A DNA stretch of 64,000 nt from Candidatus Woesearchaeota archaeon (GTDB lineage Archaea > Nanobdellota > Nanobdellia > SCGC-AAA011-G17 > UBA489). The position numbers were made by a program, and so were the translations under genes. The notes beneath the pieces were generated by a model. That model did not search any database and was not told the origin of the DNA. It saw nothing but the letters and a program-made list of their open reading frames with translations. Shown piece after piece: positions 54,215 to 62,879 of the stretch (position 1 is its first letter; each line of letters opens with the position of its first letter). The stretch covers positions 111,736 through 175,735 of the forward strand of contig JABIKK010000011.1 in the NCBI GenBank assembly GCA_018655015.1. The letters run 5' to 3'.

Positions 54215-55114
54215 TTAAAGTATCATGATTATTGTTCCAAGAACCATGACTAGAGATGAGAGGGTTCTTTGCTTTAAATGTTTGTCGTGGAATATTCCTC
54301 CTCCAAAGAAAGTTGTAAGAACTGTAGATCCCCTTTTCATTGCTATTACCATTGCTATTTTTGCTGCTGGTAGAGTTATTACATAAACTTGCATGGACCT
54401 ACTTGCCAGCATAGCCAAAGCCATTATGAATATCCAACCTCCTGCTGATTTAAAACCATGTTTTACTCCCTTAATTCCGTCATGGAATATGGTAATCATA
54501 ATTAAGAAATTAATTGCTGCAAAGAAATGAACAATTAGTAAATAGGTAAATGGTGTGATTGTGCCTGTTGGTGCCGAGTGTAAAATATATCTATCGATTA
54601 ATGCTGTAAGTGCATAAAGAAATACTGCAAACAACATGAAATGAACATACTTTGATTTGACTATTACTTTGAAAGGAGTTAATAATTCTTTTTTGAAGGA
54701 CTTCTTTGGTTTCATTTCAAGGAAGTAGGATCCTAAGAAGATTATTCCAATCCCTACTATTTGATTTAGGACTAAACCTTCACTCAATAATAACCATGCT
54801 AGTATTGCAACAATAATTGGGTTGAAGGTAAATAATGGAGATGATAAAGATAACTCCATATGTCTTGTTGCTTTGGCTACAAATAGGAAGGCTGTTGCAG
54901 CAACAATTGAAGCTATGTAAAGAATTGGCCAGTAAAAAAATGGAAAGTTGAAATTGGCAAAAGGTATGAATATTACAGACAGAAGTGCTATTATGATTGA
55001 AAAGACTGTTGCAAACTCCATTGCATGTTCTTTGTAAAGAGTTTTCTTTTCTACAATTGAAGCTACTGTTGCAAAGACTACAGGAACTAACATTAGTATG
55101 TACCATTGAACCAT
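54215..55114 (-). CDS. EamA/DMT-superfamily transporter (10 TM)
   Basis: Two EamA-like 5-TM halves. Confidence 0.65.
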   Translation of the reverse strand: MVQWYILMLVPVVFATVASIVEKKTLYKEHAMEFATVFSIIIALLSVIFIPFANFNFPFFYWPILYIASIVAATAFLFVAKATRHMELSLSSPLFTFNPIIVAILAWLLLSEGLVLNQIVGIGIIFLGSYFLEMKPKKSFKKELLTPFKVIVKSKYVHFMLFAVFLYALTALIDRYILHSAPTGTITPFTYLLIVHFFAAINFLIMITIFHDGIKGVKHGFKSAGGWIFIMALAMLASRSMQVYVITLPAAKIAMVIAMKRGSTVLTTFFGGGIFHDKHLKQRTLSSLVMVLGTIIMIL

Positions 55115-55115
55115 T

Positions 55116-56135
55116 TTACATCCAAGAACCGAGGCCTTTTTGATCTACTGTGACCTTCACGTTCCCTCCTGTTAATTTGTTTAATGTTGACATAATTCTA
55201 TCTTCTGAGAATTCATGTTTCTTTACTAGTATTTCTATTAGTCTTTCTTTATTTGGAGTTTTCCATTCTAAGTTGTAATCCTTTTTTACTTCCATGTTTT
55301 TGAATAGTTCGAATACTTCCTTCCAATCTTGGTTTTCTAATGGATATTCTTTGAATATTTTTTCTGGAGTTTTTAGTTCTTTAACAATCTTAATTGCTTT
55401 TTTAGGACCAATGCCTTTTATTCCTGCGTGATAATCTGTTCCGACTAACATTCCTAGAGATATTAGTTGATCTTGATTTATTTCTAAATTCTTTAAAGCT
55501 TCATCTAATAGAATTAAGTCTGGATTTGTTTTAATGAATCCCGTAGCAGTTTTTCTTTTTTGTGAAACAGTTAAATTTGTAACCATTCTTGGTGAACCGT
55601 GAAGTAATGTATCAAAGTCCGTAGTTGCTGCTGCCCAAACATCACCTTGTTTACAGCAATACGCAATTTGTGCGTCTGCTTCTGAAGGGGCGTGGATGAT
55701 TGGAATCCCCAATGCTTCTATTAGTTCTTTTGATTCTTCAACCATTTCTTTTGTTAATCTTGTAAATTGTTTTGAGTACTTTAACATTAATTCTTCATCG
55801 CCTTCTTCTTTTGCTGCTTCGAATTTCTCTTGTGCAATATTTTTTGAGGCATATCTTTGTTCTTGGGTTTTTAGTTTTAGTTCTGGGGGTTTTCCATCCA
55901 TTACATAAACAAGCTTTATGCCCTGTGCAATTAAATTTGCAGATCTTGATAGAATTCCTTGTAAGTGTGAAGTGATGTTTCCCTTTGAATCCATTAGTGG
56001 AGTTCCATCTCTTTGCCTTATAGATGTTAGGAACTGATATGCTGCGTTTGAAAAGTCTACTGCTACTTTTTTATTCTTTAATTCGTCGAAAGAAATCTTT
56101 CTTTTTTCCACGATGTCCGTGATTTTTACACCCAT
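55116..56135 (-). CDS. fen1: Flap endonuclease 1
   Basis: MGVKITDIV...KVAVDFSNAAYQFL N domain, I domain with acidic cluster, H3TH GIGPKKA and a C-terminal PIP-like QKGLGSWM. Confidence 0.9.
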   Translation of the reverse strand: MGVKITDIVEKRKISFDELKNKKVAVDFSNAAYQFLTSIRQRDGTPLMDSKGNITSHLQGILSRSANLIAQGIKLVYVMDGKPPELKLKTQEQRYASKNIAQEKFEAAKEEGDEELMLKYSKQFTRLTKEMVEESKELIEALGIPIIHAPSEADAQIAYCCKQGDVWAAATTDFDTLLHGSPRMVTNLTVSQKRKTATGFIKTNPDLILLDEALKNLEINQDQLISLGMLVGTDYHAGIKGIGPKKAIKIVKELKTPEKIFKEYPLENQDWKEVFELFKNMEVKKDYNLEWKTPNKERLIEILVKKHEFSEDRIMSTLNKLTGGNVKVTVDQKGLGSWM

Positions 56136-56214
56136 ATTTAGAAATGGGAATTGTTAATTTATATACCTTATTATGTAAATTCTTTTAAAACTAGTTATGA
56201 TTTAGAGAGTAAAA

Positions 56215-56868
56215 GTGGTGGTTAAGTATACTAAATTGGAGCATCCTGGCGGAATTTATATTTACAGGGTTCATAATAAGAAGTTAGACAAGTTCTGTAG
56301 TGGTGAATTGGGTGGTTTGAAGAGTTTTTTGACTGATATGTTTGAATCTTGTCCAGATGATTATTTTGGTAGAGGGCCTAGGGGAAGTGCTTTGAAGTTT
56401 AGTTCTAATCACGAGATGGTTGAATTAAGTGGCCATAGAGTTTGTAGTTTAGCAGAGAATGGATTGAAGGTTAATGCTGATAGGTTCAAATGCAACCATA
56501 GTAAAGTTCAATTGTTTATGTTGGAAAATGATTATGAGACTGTTGCAATTGAAGTTCCTATTTGGTTAAATTCTGATGAGATACCTAGATATGAAGAAAT
56601 ATTTGGAAGTACTGAACCCTTGACTGGACATATTGATTTGTTAACTATTGAAGATGGTAAGATTTGGGTCTGGGATTATAAGCCTAATGCGCATAAAGAG
56701 AAATATGCCGATACGCAAGTTTATTTTTATTCTTTGATGTTAAGTAAGAGAACTGGAATTCCTTTGGAAAAGTTTAGATGTGGTTACTTTGATTGGGATA
56801 GGGCCTATATGTTTAAGCCTGGAGAAATTGAAAGTAAAGAACTTAATTCTAGTTTGAAGAATTACTAA
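56215..56868 (+). CDS. RecB-family PD-(D/E)XK nuclease (Cas4/NucS-C-like core without a C-terminal Cys cluster)
   Basis: Motif II GHIDLL, motif III WDYK (DxK) and the family-specific QVYFY (QhxxY) motif, all in order. Confidence 0.55.
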   Translation: MVVKYTKLEHPGGIYIYRVHNKKLDKFCSGELGGLKSFLTDMFESCPDDYFGRGPRGSALKFSSNHEMVELSGHRVCSLAENGLKVNADRFKCNHSKVQLFMLENDYETVAIEVPIWLNSDEIPRYEEIFGSTEPLTGHIDLLTIEDGKIWVWDYKPNAHKEKYADTQVYFYSLMLSKRTGIPLEKFRCGYFDWDRAYMFKPGEIESKELNSSLKNY

Positions 56869-57716
56869 TCTTTTTTGAGACCTTGTAAAGTTTTTCTAGT
56901 TAGAATATCTTGGGAATAGCCTTCAGTTCCGCCACCATTGTAGCGACTAAGAGTATCTTCCCATGAACGGCAATTGTGAGGTTGTGAAATTTTATGTGCA
57001 GATTGAACCCTAACTTTGTCTCCTAATCCTAATTTGTCAGGTGAGATTTCTGGGTTTAACTCTTTTATGAATTCTAAGTATGAATTGTTGTCTTGTGCTA
57101 TTGCACCTAATGAGTCTCCACTTTCTACAGTATGGTAAAATGGTTGGCCATCTGGAACTGTTTCTGTATGGTAATCTTCAAAGTGCTTGCCGAATAAGAA
57201 AATTAAACCGCCCTTAATACTTGCTTCGGATGTCATGGAATTATTACTTGAGTAATCTAATTTCCCATCTTTCCAATGGGTGTGATCGAATTCATTAAAC
57301 TGTTCAGACATATCTTCAAGCCCTAACTTCCAAAAGAATTTTGGATCTTGTAATTCATTTAAACCATAATCTCCATTATTGGCTATTTGAGCAGGGTCAT
57401 GTGTGAAAGCATTTCTATGATTCGGTGAACCTGTTTCTTGAATTATCCATGATTTTGCAACAATTGGGTCTAATCCCTCGCATCCACTTAAACTTTTGAA
57501 GTGTGCGTTAAGTTCTCCTACATAAGTCAATATTGCTTGATCATGTTGATGGTATGCTTCTGAATCATAATTTTCGAAGTTAGGGATTGTTTTGGGAACC
57601 TCTACTTTTTGTTCTAATGTTTGTTCGGGATTAATTGGAAGTGGTTCTTCTGGTTTGCTACAAGCAGTGCTAGCGAGTAATGCTGTTCCTACCAATAATT
57701 TGTTTAATAGTCCCAT
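56865..57716 (-). CDS. Secreted lipoprotein-like protein with lysozyme-like (SLT-like) region and C-terminal LysM domain
   Basis: N-terminal signal with Cys (LLASTAC). IIQETGSPNHRNAFTHDPAQIANNGDYGLNEL resembles the SLT catalytic Glu-Ser plus GxxGLMQ region. HTVESGDSLGAIAQDNNSYLEFIKELNPEISPDKLGLGDKVRV is a LysM. Confidence 0.5.
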   Translation of the reverse strand: MGLLNKLLVGTALLASTACSKPEEPLPINPEQTLEQKVEVPKTIPNFENYDSEAYHQHDQAILTYVGELNAHFKSLSGCEGLDPIVAKSWIIQETGSPNHRNAFTHDPAQIANNGDYGLNELQDPKFFWKLGLEDMSEQFNEFDHTHWKDGKLDYSSNNSMTSEASIKGGLIFLFGKHFEDYHTETVPDGQPFYHTVESGDSLGAIAQDNNSYLEFIKELNPEISPDKLGLGDKVRVQSAHKISQPHNCRSWEDTLSRYNGGGTEGYSQDILTRKTLQGLKKD

Positions 57717-57800
57717 TTTTCGTCCTCATTTGAGTACACCAACCTATAGTTTACAGTATATAAGTCTATTGATTTGTAGCCTTAGAGCTTTAAGGGAAGG

Positions 57801-57808
57801 TTTATAAG
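57801..57808 (+). promoter_or_regulatory. Candidate TATA box (TTTATAAG) 22-29 nt upstream of the polB ATG (leaderless-type spacing)
   Basis: AT-rich octamer. A second TATATAA lies at 57757. Confidence 0.3.
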
Positions 57809-57829
57809 ATTTCTGAGCTTTGGTAGTGG

Positions 57830-60301
57830 ATGGCAAAATTAGACTTTTATCCCTTAACTGTGGACTATATTGACGAGCCAAATGGGGCACACAGAGGGAT
57901 GGTTAGACTATTTGGTAGATGTCCTGATGGGAAAAGGATTTGTGTATTGGATAGTAATTTTTCTGCTTATTTTTGGGTTATTTTGGATAAGAAAGAACAT
58001 GCTGAGAAGATTAAAAATAAATTACTTGCTTTGAAGATTGAAGAAGTAAGGAGAAATGCATATGTCACTAATGTTGAGATTAAAAATAAAAAACATTTGT
58101 CTAAAGATGTCTGTGCTTTGAAAGTTGAAGTTAATAATCCTAAAGATGTTTCAATTATTCGTGAAGAAATAAAGAAATGGAAAGAGATTGATGATTTGTT
58201 AGAGTTGGATATTCCGTTTGTTAGAAGATATTTGATGGATTCTAAAATTGAACCTTTGAGTTTGTGTACTGTTGAAGGTGAAGAAGTTGAAAGTAGTTAT
58301 ACTGTTGATTCGGTGATTAATGCAAAGAAAGTTGTTTCTAAAGAAAATGGTTATTTGGACAAACCTAAAGTTCTTGGTTTTGATATTGAAGTTTATAGTA
58401 AACATAGATTCCCCAATGATCAAATAGATCCAATATTGATGGTTGCTCTTTATGGTAATGATGGCTATAAGAAAACAATTGTATGGAAGAAATTCAATAA
58501 TCCTACTGATGATGTTGAATTTGTTAAAGATGAGAAGGAACTGATTGTAAGATTTAATGATTTGGTTAATGAGTATGGTCCGGATTTCATAGTTGGCTAT
58601 TTTTCAGATGGTTTTGACTTCCCTTACCTTCAAGCTAGAGCAGATAAGCTAAAAGTTAAATTGAAATTGGGTTTGGATGGAAGTGCCTTGAAGCAAAACA
58701 GGCGAAATAACACTTCTACTACCAAAATAAAGGGTGTTGCGCATGTTGATGTGTTTAAGTTCATTAGACGTATTATGAGTGGTGAAATTAATTTACCTGC
58801 CTATGATTTGAATACTGTTGCAAGTAATTTTTTAGGTTCTGGTAAAGTTGGCGTTGATATTAACAAATTGTGGAAGGCATGGGACGAAGGAAGCGATGAA
58901 CTTGGTGAATATTGTAAATATAATTTAGTTGATTCAAAATTAGCATGTGAACTATTTGAAAAGATCTATCCTAATTTAAATGAGTTTGTGAAGTTATGTG
59001 GTTTGCCTGCAGATGATATTTCTAGAATGGGCTTCAGTCAATTAGTTGAAAGTTTTGTTATGAAGAATTTAGATGAGTTTAATGAAATTGCTCCGAATAG
59101 ACCTTATAGGAATGTTGTTGGCGCGAGAGAAGGAGTTAAAGTTGAAGGGGCTTTTGTGTTTAAGCCAGATCCTGGAATGTATAAGGATATAGTTGTTTTT
59201 GATTTTAAATCTCTGTATCCAACCATAATTAGTGCACACAATATTTGTTCTAGTACAATAACGGATAGTAAGAAAGAAGTTAATGTCTCTCCTAAGATCG
59301 ATGTTGATGGAAAAGAAGTGCAATACAATTTTAATTTTAAGTATGACGGGATCTTTCCTAAATTAATTAGAGAAATATTGGTTAGAAGGAATAGAGTTAA
59401 GGAATTATTGAAGAAAAATAAGAAAGATGCTACCTTGAATGCTAGGCAATATAGTCTAAAGACTCTTGCTAACAGTTCCTATGGCTATTTGGGCTTCTCT
59501 GGTGCAAGGTGGTATTGTAAGGAATGTGCTGCGTCTACAACTGCTTATGCAAGAGATTATATTCGAAAGGCAATGGATGAAGCTGAAAAAGAAGGTTTGA
59601 AAGTCATTTACGGAGATACTGATTCGGTTTTTATTGCATTGGGAGATAAAACAAAAAAAGATGCTGAGAATTTTTTGAAAAAAGTTAATGAAACCTTGCC
59701 TAGTTTGATGGAGTTAGAAATGGATGGCTATTACCCTCGTGGTATTTTTGTAATGAAGAAGGGTGAAGATGAAGGTGCTAAGAAAAAATATGCACTACTT
59801 GATGAAAAAGGCGAAATTAAAATTGCAGGATTTGAAACTGTTCGTGGAGATTGGAGTGCAATTGCAAAAGAAACACAGAAAGAAGTTCTTAAGATAATTT
59901 TAGTTGAAGATGATGTGGAGAAGGCAGTTAAATATGTTAAAAAAGTTTTAGATGATGTTAGGGATGGAAAGATCGACATTAGTAGGATGGTTTTGAAGAA
60001 AAGGTTGACTAAAGATATTGAAGACTATAGTGCAATTGGTCCACATGTTAATGTTGCTAAGAAAATGGTTAAACGAGGAGATGCTGTTGGAGCTGGAAGT
60101 GACATTAGATATGTTGTTCAAGAAGGAAAGGGAAACATAGGAGATAGATCTGTTCCAAGTGATGAAGCTGAAAGTTATGATCCTGAATATTATACTGACA
60201 ATCAAATAATTCCTGCGGTAGAAAGGATATTCTTGGCGGTAGGATATGATAAAGAAGATTTAACAAAGCTTCATAAACAGAAAAGTTTAGGTGATTTCTA
60301 A
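57830..60301 (+). CDS. polB: Family B DNA polymerase
   Basis: Exo I FDIEV, Exo II/III, Pol motif A DFKSLYPTII, motif C YGDTDS and KKKY. 823 aa, no intein. Confidence 0.9.
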   Translation: MAKLDFYPLTVDYIDEPNGAHRGMVRLFGRCPDGKRICVLDSNFSAYFWVILDKKEHAEKIKNKLLALKIEEVRRNAYVTNVEIKNKKHLSKDVCALKVEVNNPKDVSIIREEIKKWKEIDDLLELDIPFVRRYLMDSKIEPLSLCTVEGEEVESSYTVDSVINAKKVVSKENGYLDKPKVLGFDIEVYSKHRFPNDQIDPILMVALYGNDGYKKTIVWKKFNNPTDDVEFVKDEKELIVRFNDLVNEYGPDFIVGYFSDGFDFPYLQARADKLKVKLKLGLDGSALKQNRRNNTSTTKIKGVAHVDVFKFIRRIMSGEINLPAYDLNTVASNFLGSGKVGVDINKLWKAWDEGSDELGEYCKYNLVDSKLACELFEKIYPNLNEFVKLCGLPADDISRMGFSQLVESFVMKNLDEFNEIAPNRPYRNVVGAREGVKVEGAFVFKPDPGMYKDIVVFDFKSLYPTIISAHNICSSTITDSKKEVNVSPKIDVDGKEVQYNFNFKYDGIFPKLIREILVRRNRVKELLKKNKKDATLNARQYSLKTLANSSYGYLGFSGARWYCKECAASTTAYARDYIRKAMDEAEKEGLKVIYGDTDSVFIALGDKTKKDAENFLKKVNETLPSLMELEMDGYYPRGIFVMKKGEDEGAKKKYALLDEKGEIKIAGFETVRGDWSAIAKETQKEVLKIILVEDDVEKAVKYVKKVLDDVRDGKIDISRMVLKKRLTKDIEDYSAIGPHVNVAKKMVKRGDAVGAGSDIRYVVQEGKGNIGDRSVPSDEAESYDPEYYTDNQIIPAVERIFLAVGYDKEDLTKLHKQKSLGDF

Positions 60302-61167
60302 TGAGTGATTGGTTAAAAGCTGGAAAGCTTGCTGCAGAAGCAAGAGAATATGCTGTTGATATTTGTAAGGCTGGTAAGACCTATACTGAAGTAGTAGACA
60401 AAACTGAAGATTTTATTATTAAACGTGGAGGGTTTCCTGCGTTTCCAATGGATATTTCTGTGAATCATGTTGCTGCACATTATTGCCCTTATATTGAAGA
60501 TGACAATGTTTTAGAAAAAGGAGATGTTGTTAAGTTAGATATCGGTGTTCATATTAATGGTGCTGTTGCAGATAATGCCGTGACTGTTGAGTTGGGCACT
60601 AATAAATATAGAGATTTAATATTAGCTTCTAAAGATGCTTGCTTAGCTGCTTGTGAAATTGCAGTTCCTGGTTGTGAGATTGGAAAGATTGGAAAGATTG
60701 TAGAAGAGACAATTGGTTCTGCAGGTTTTAGTCCAATTACAAATCTGAGTGGACATGGTGTTGATATGTGGACCGTTCATACTGAGCCTACAATTCCTAA
60801 TTATGATAATGGTAATCCTAAAACACTATTTGAAGGCCAACATATTGCAATTGAACCTTTTGCAACAGATGGGGTTGGAAGTATTAAGGAAGGTAAACCT
60901 TGTGGAGTTTATGCTTTTTTAGAGAAGAAACCTGTTCGTTTGGATGGTGCTAGAAAGCTGATGGCTCAAATTGAGAGGGACTATAAGACGTTACCTTTTA
61001 CTGAAAGATGGTTGAAGGATGTTAAAAATATAAAATTCTTGTTATCCATTTTAGAAAAATCCGGAGTTGTTAAACAATATACAGTGTTACCTGAGAAAAA
61101 TAAAGGAATGGTTTCTCAACATGAAAATACTGTAGAAGTTGGTTATGGTATAACTACCAAGATTTAA
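60301..61167 (+). CDS. map: Methionine aminopeptidase (type 2, archaeal)
   Basis: Pita-bread fold motifs DIGVHINGAVADNA and HGVD. TAATG overlap with polB. Confidence 0.85.
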   Translation: MSDWLKAGKLAAEAREYAVDICKAGKTYTEVVDKTEDFIIKRGGFPAFPMDISVNHVAAHYCPYIEDDNVLEKGDVVKLDIGVHINGAVADNAVTVELGTNKYRDLILASKDACLAACEIAVPGCEIGKIGKIVEETIGSAGFSPITNLSGHGVDMWTVHTEPTIPNYDNGNPKTLFEGQHIAIEPFATDGVGSIKEGKPCGVYAFLEKKPVRLDGARKLMAQIERDYKTLPFTERWLKDVKNIKFLLSILEKSGVVKQYTVLPEKNKGMVSQHENTVEVGYGITTKI

Positions 61168-61168
61168 G

Positions 61169-61666
61169 ATGATTAATAGAGTAAGAATTATTGGGACTTC
61201 TGGAACTGGTAAAACTTATGTGGCAAAAAAACTTTCTAAAATTTTGAACATATCTCACTACGATTTAGATGAAATATTTTGGAAAAGAAAATATGACCAA
61301 AAAAGGACTGTTCCTGAAAGGGAGAAGCTTTGTTTAGAACTAACTAAAAAAAGAAAATGGGTTCTTGAAGGAGTTTATGGTTCCTGGTCGGAATCGTCTA
61401 TCCAAAAAGCAGACCTAGTTGTATTACTAGACGTAAACCTATTTCTTGCTATTTGGAGGATAATTAAACGGTATTTTAAGAGAAAGGGAACCTGTAGAGA
61501 GTCAATTGGTAATATGATTTATCTTGTGAATTATGTAAGAAAATATAAAAAACGAAGTGATACGGCTAGCCATAAAACTCATGTTGAGTTGATAAATAAA
61601 CATAAAGTTGAAGTCATTGTGTTGAAAAATAAAAAAGATGTTAAAGAATTCTTGAAAGATTTTTAA
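61169..61666 (+). CDS. P-loop NTPase / small kinase-like protein (adenylate-kinase/topology-modulation-like)
   Basis: Walker A IIGTSGTGKTYVAKKL. 165 aa. Confidence 0.55.
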   Translation: MINRVRIIGTSGTGKTYVAKKLSKILNISHYDLDEIFWKRKYDQKRTVPEREKLCLELTKKRKWVLEGVYGSWSESSIQKADLVVLLDVNLFLAIWRIIKRYFKRKGTCRESIGNMIYLVNYVRKYKKRSDTASHKTHVELINKHKVEVIVLKNKKDVKEFLKDF

Positions 61667-61740
61667 TTTTTCCGAATAATTTTGAACAGTTGTTATTAAG
61701 CTTTGATTTATTGTTTCATTGGAGGTAGCTTTAGAAATGC

Positions 61741-61748
61741 TTATATAT
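61741..61748 (+). promoter_or_regulatory. Candidate TATA box (TTATATAT) 22-29 nt upstream of the antitoxin ATG at 61770
   Basis: Spacing fits a leaderless archaeal transcript starting at the second in-frame ATG. Confidence 0.35.
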
Positions 61749-61769
61749 TGAATGGTATCTATTGGTAGG

Positions 61770-62012
61770 ATGAATACTCAAATAAATTTAAGATTGCCTG
61801 AGAAGATATTGATTTCTGCTAAAAAAAGGGCGGATAAAGAAGGTTTTGGGACCGTACAAGAATATATTAAGGAAGTTTTGAGAACTGAACTATTTGAAAA
61901 TGTATCTTCTAAAGAGATTAAACTTGTTAGAAACTTAATTTCCCTTAGTGAAAAAAATAAACTTTATGGCACTGAAAAAGATCTTTTTGATAAGCTAAAG
62001 AGTAATGTATGA
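61770..62012 (+). CDS. Ribbon-helix-helix (CopG/RHH-like) antitoxin candidate
   Basis: MNTQINLRLPEKILISAKKRADKEGFGTVQEYIKEVL has the RHH beta-strand plus helix pattern. It overlaps the downstream ORF by 8 nt. Confidence 0.55.
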   Translation: MNTQINLRLPEKILISAKKRADKEGFGTVQEYIKEVLRTELFENVSSKEIKLVRNLISLSEKNKLYGTEKDLFDKLKSNV

Positions 62013-62292
62013 ATTAATTCCCAGTAAGTTTTTTCTTGAGCAAGTAAACTCCTTAAGTGCTAAATCTAAAAATATTGTTTTTGATAAATTGATGTTGGTT
62101 AAGGTTAATCCGTTTAGATATAAAAGAATCTACGGATATAATTTGTTTTTGTTCAGGATAAGATTTAGTGATAAAGGGAAGGCATTGAGAATTGTTTATT
62201 TCATAGAGGGGAATTTTGTGAAGATTGTTTGCATTCTAGACAGGTCCAAAAATTATAAGGATTTAAAGAAATATTTAAAATTTGATAGTTAG
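62005..62292 (+). CDS. RelE/ParE-family toxin candidate
   Basis: 95 aa. ...YRIRFSDKGKALRIVYFIEGNFVKIVCILDRSKNY has a RelE/ParE-like beta-sheet core. Confidence 0.55.
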   Translation: MYELIPSKFFLEQVNSLSAKSKNIVFDKLMLVKVNPFRYKRIYGYNLFLFRIRFSDKGKALRIVYFIEGNFVKIVCILDRSKNYKDLKKYLKFDS

Positions 62293-62879
62293 TTAACTCT
62301 TAGAATAGGTAGTTCGCCGTAACCAAGTTCTAGTCTAATGTTGTCTAATTCTTTTAGAACCTTTTTTTTATTTTCATCGAAGCCATCGGGGTTAGGAACA
62401 ACTTCCACCTTTACGTCCCCATGACAGTATAGCAATCTCTTGGCTGGTGAAACCATCATTCCGATGAACCTTTTATTTTTTCTTAGTTGCAGTGTATAAG
62501 ACTCAATGTCTCCTGAAGTAAACCTTGGGAAAAGAGTATTTGCAGAAGTACAATGAGTATGTAATTCTACAGTTTGATAAATTAGATTTCTTCCGAGGAA
62601 TGTGCGTAATATTTCCTCGCTTTGTGGATCATTAGGATGGGATGTAAGTCCAGTTGCATTAGCAAATAATGCTTCGGCCATAAAATCTATACTTGTTCCA
62701 CCTAAATTAGATATTGGAGTGTACAAAAGACTGCCCCTAGTTTCAAAGGGGGCCGTTGGAAGATCCTTAAGTTGATCATCTAAGTATTCGGGTAAAAGAA
62801 TCCTTCTAGGCTTCGGGACAGGCGGCATCTTATCCCATATAGGTTTGTCTAGCCGGCTGATGTTGAGAAATTCTCGCAT
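62289..62879 (-). CDS. Hypothetical protein downstream of cdc48 (the true start is probably the internal Met at about 62831)
   Basis: The track ORF overlaps the cdc48 3' end by 50 nt. The internal ATG removes the overlap. No motif assigned. Confidence 0.3.
   Translation of the reverse strand: MREFLNISRLDKPIWDKMPPVPKPRRILLPEYLDDQLKDLPTAPFETRGSLLYTPISNLGGTSIDFMAEALFANATGLTSHPNDPQSEEILRTFLGRNLIYQTVELHTHCTSANTLFPRFTSGDIESYTLQLRKNKRFIGMMVSPAKRLLYCHGDVKVEVVPNPDGFDENKKKVLKELDNIRLELGYGELPILRVN

Noticed and set aside
56215-56868. Cas4
   Set aside because: It has the RecB-like motifs but lacks the C-terminal three-Cys part of the Fe-S cluster, and there is no CRISPR context. It is kept as a generic RecB-family nuclease.
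62289-62879. JAB/MPN deubiquitinase motif (HTH...SGD) next to cdc48
   Set aside because: Spacing is HxH-x12-SxD rather than the HxH-x7-S-x2-D JAMM signature, and there is no upstream Glu in context.
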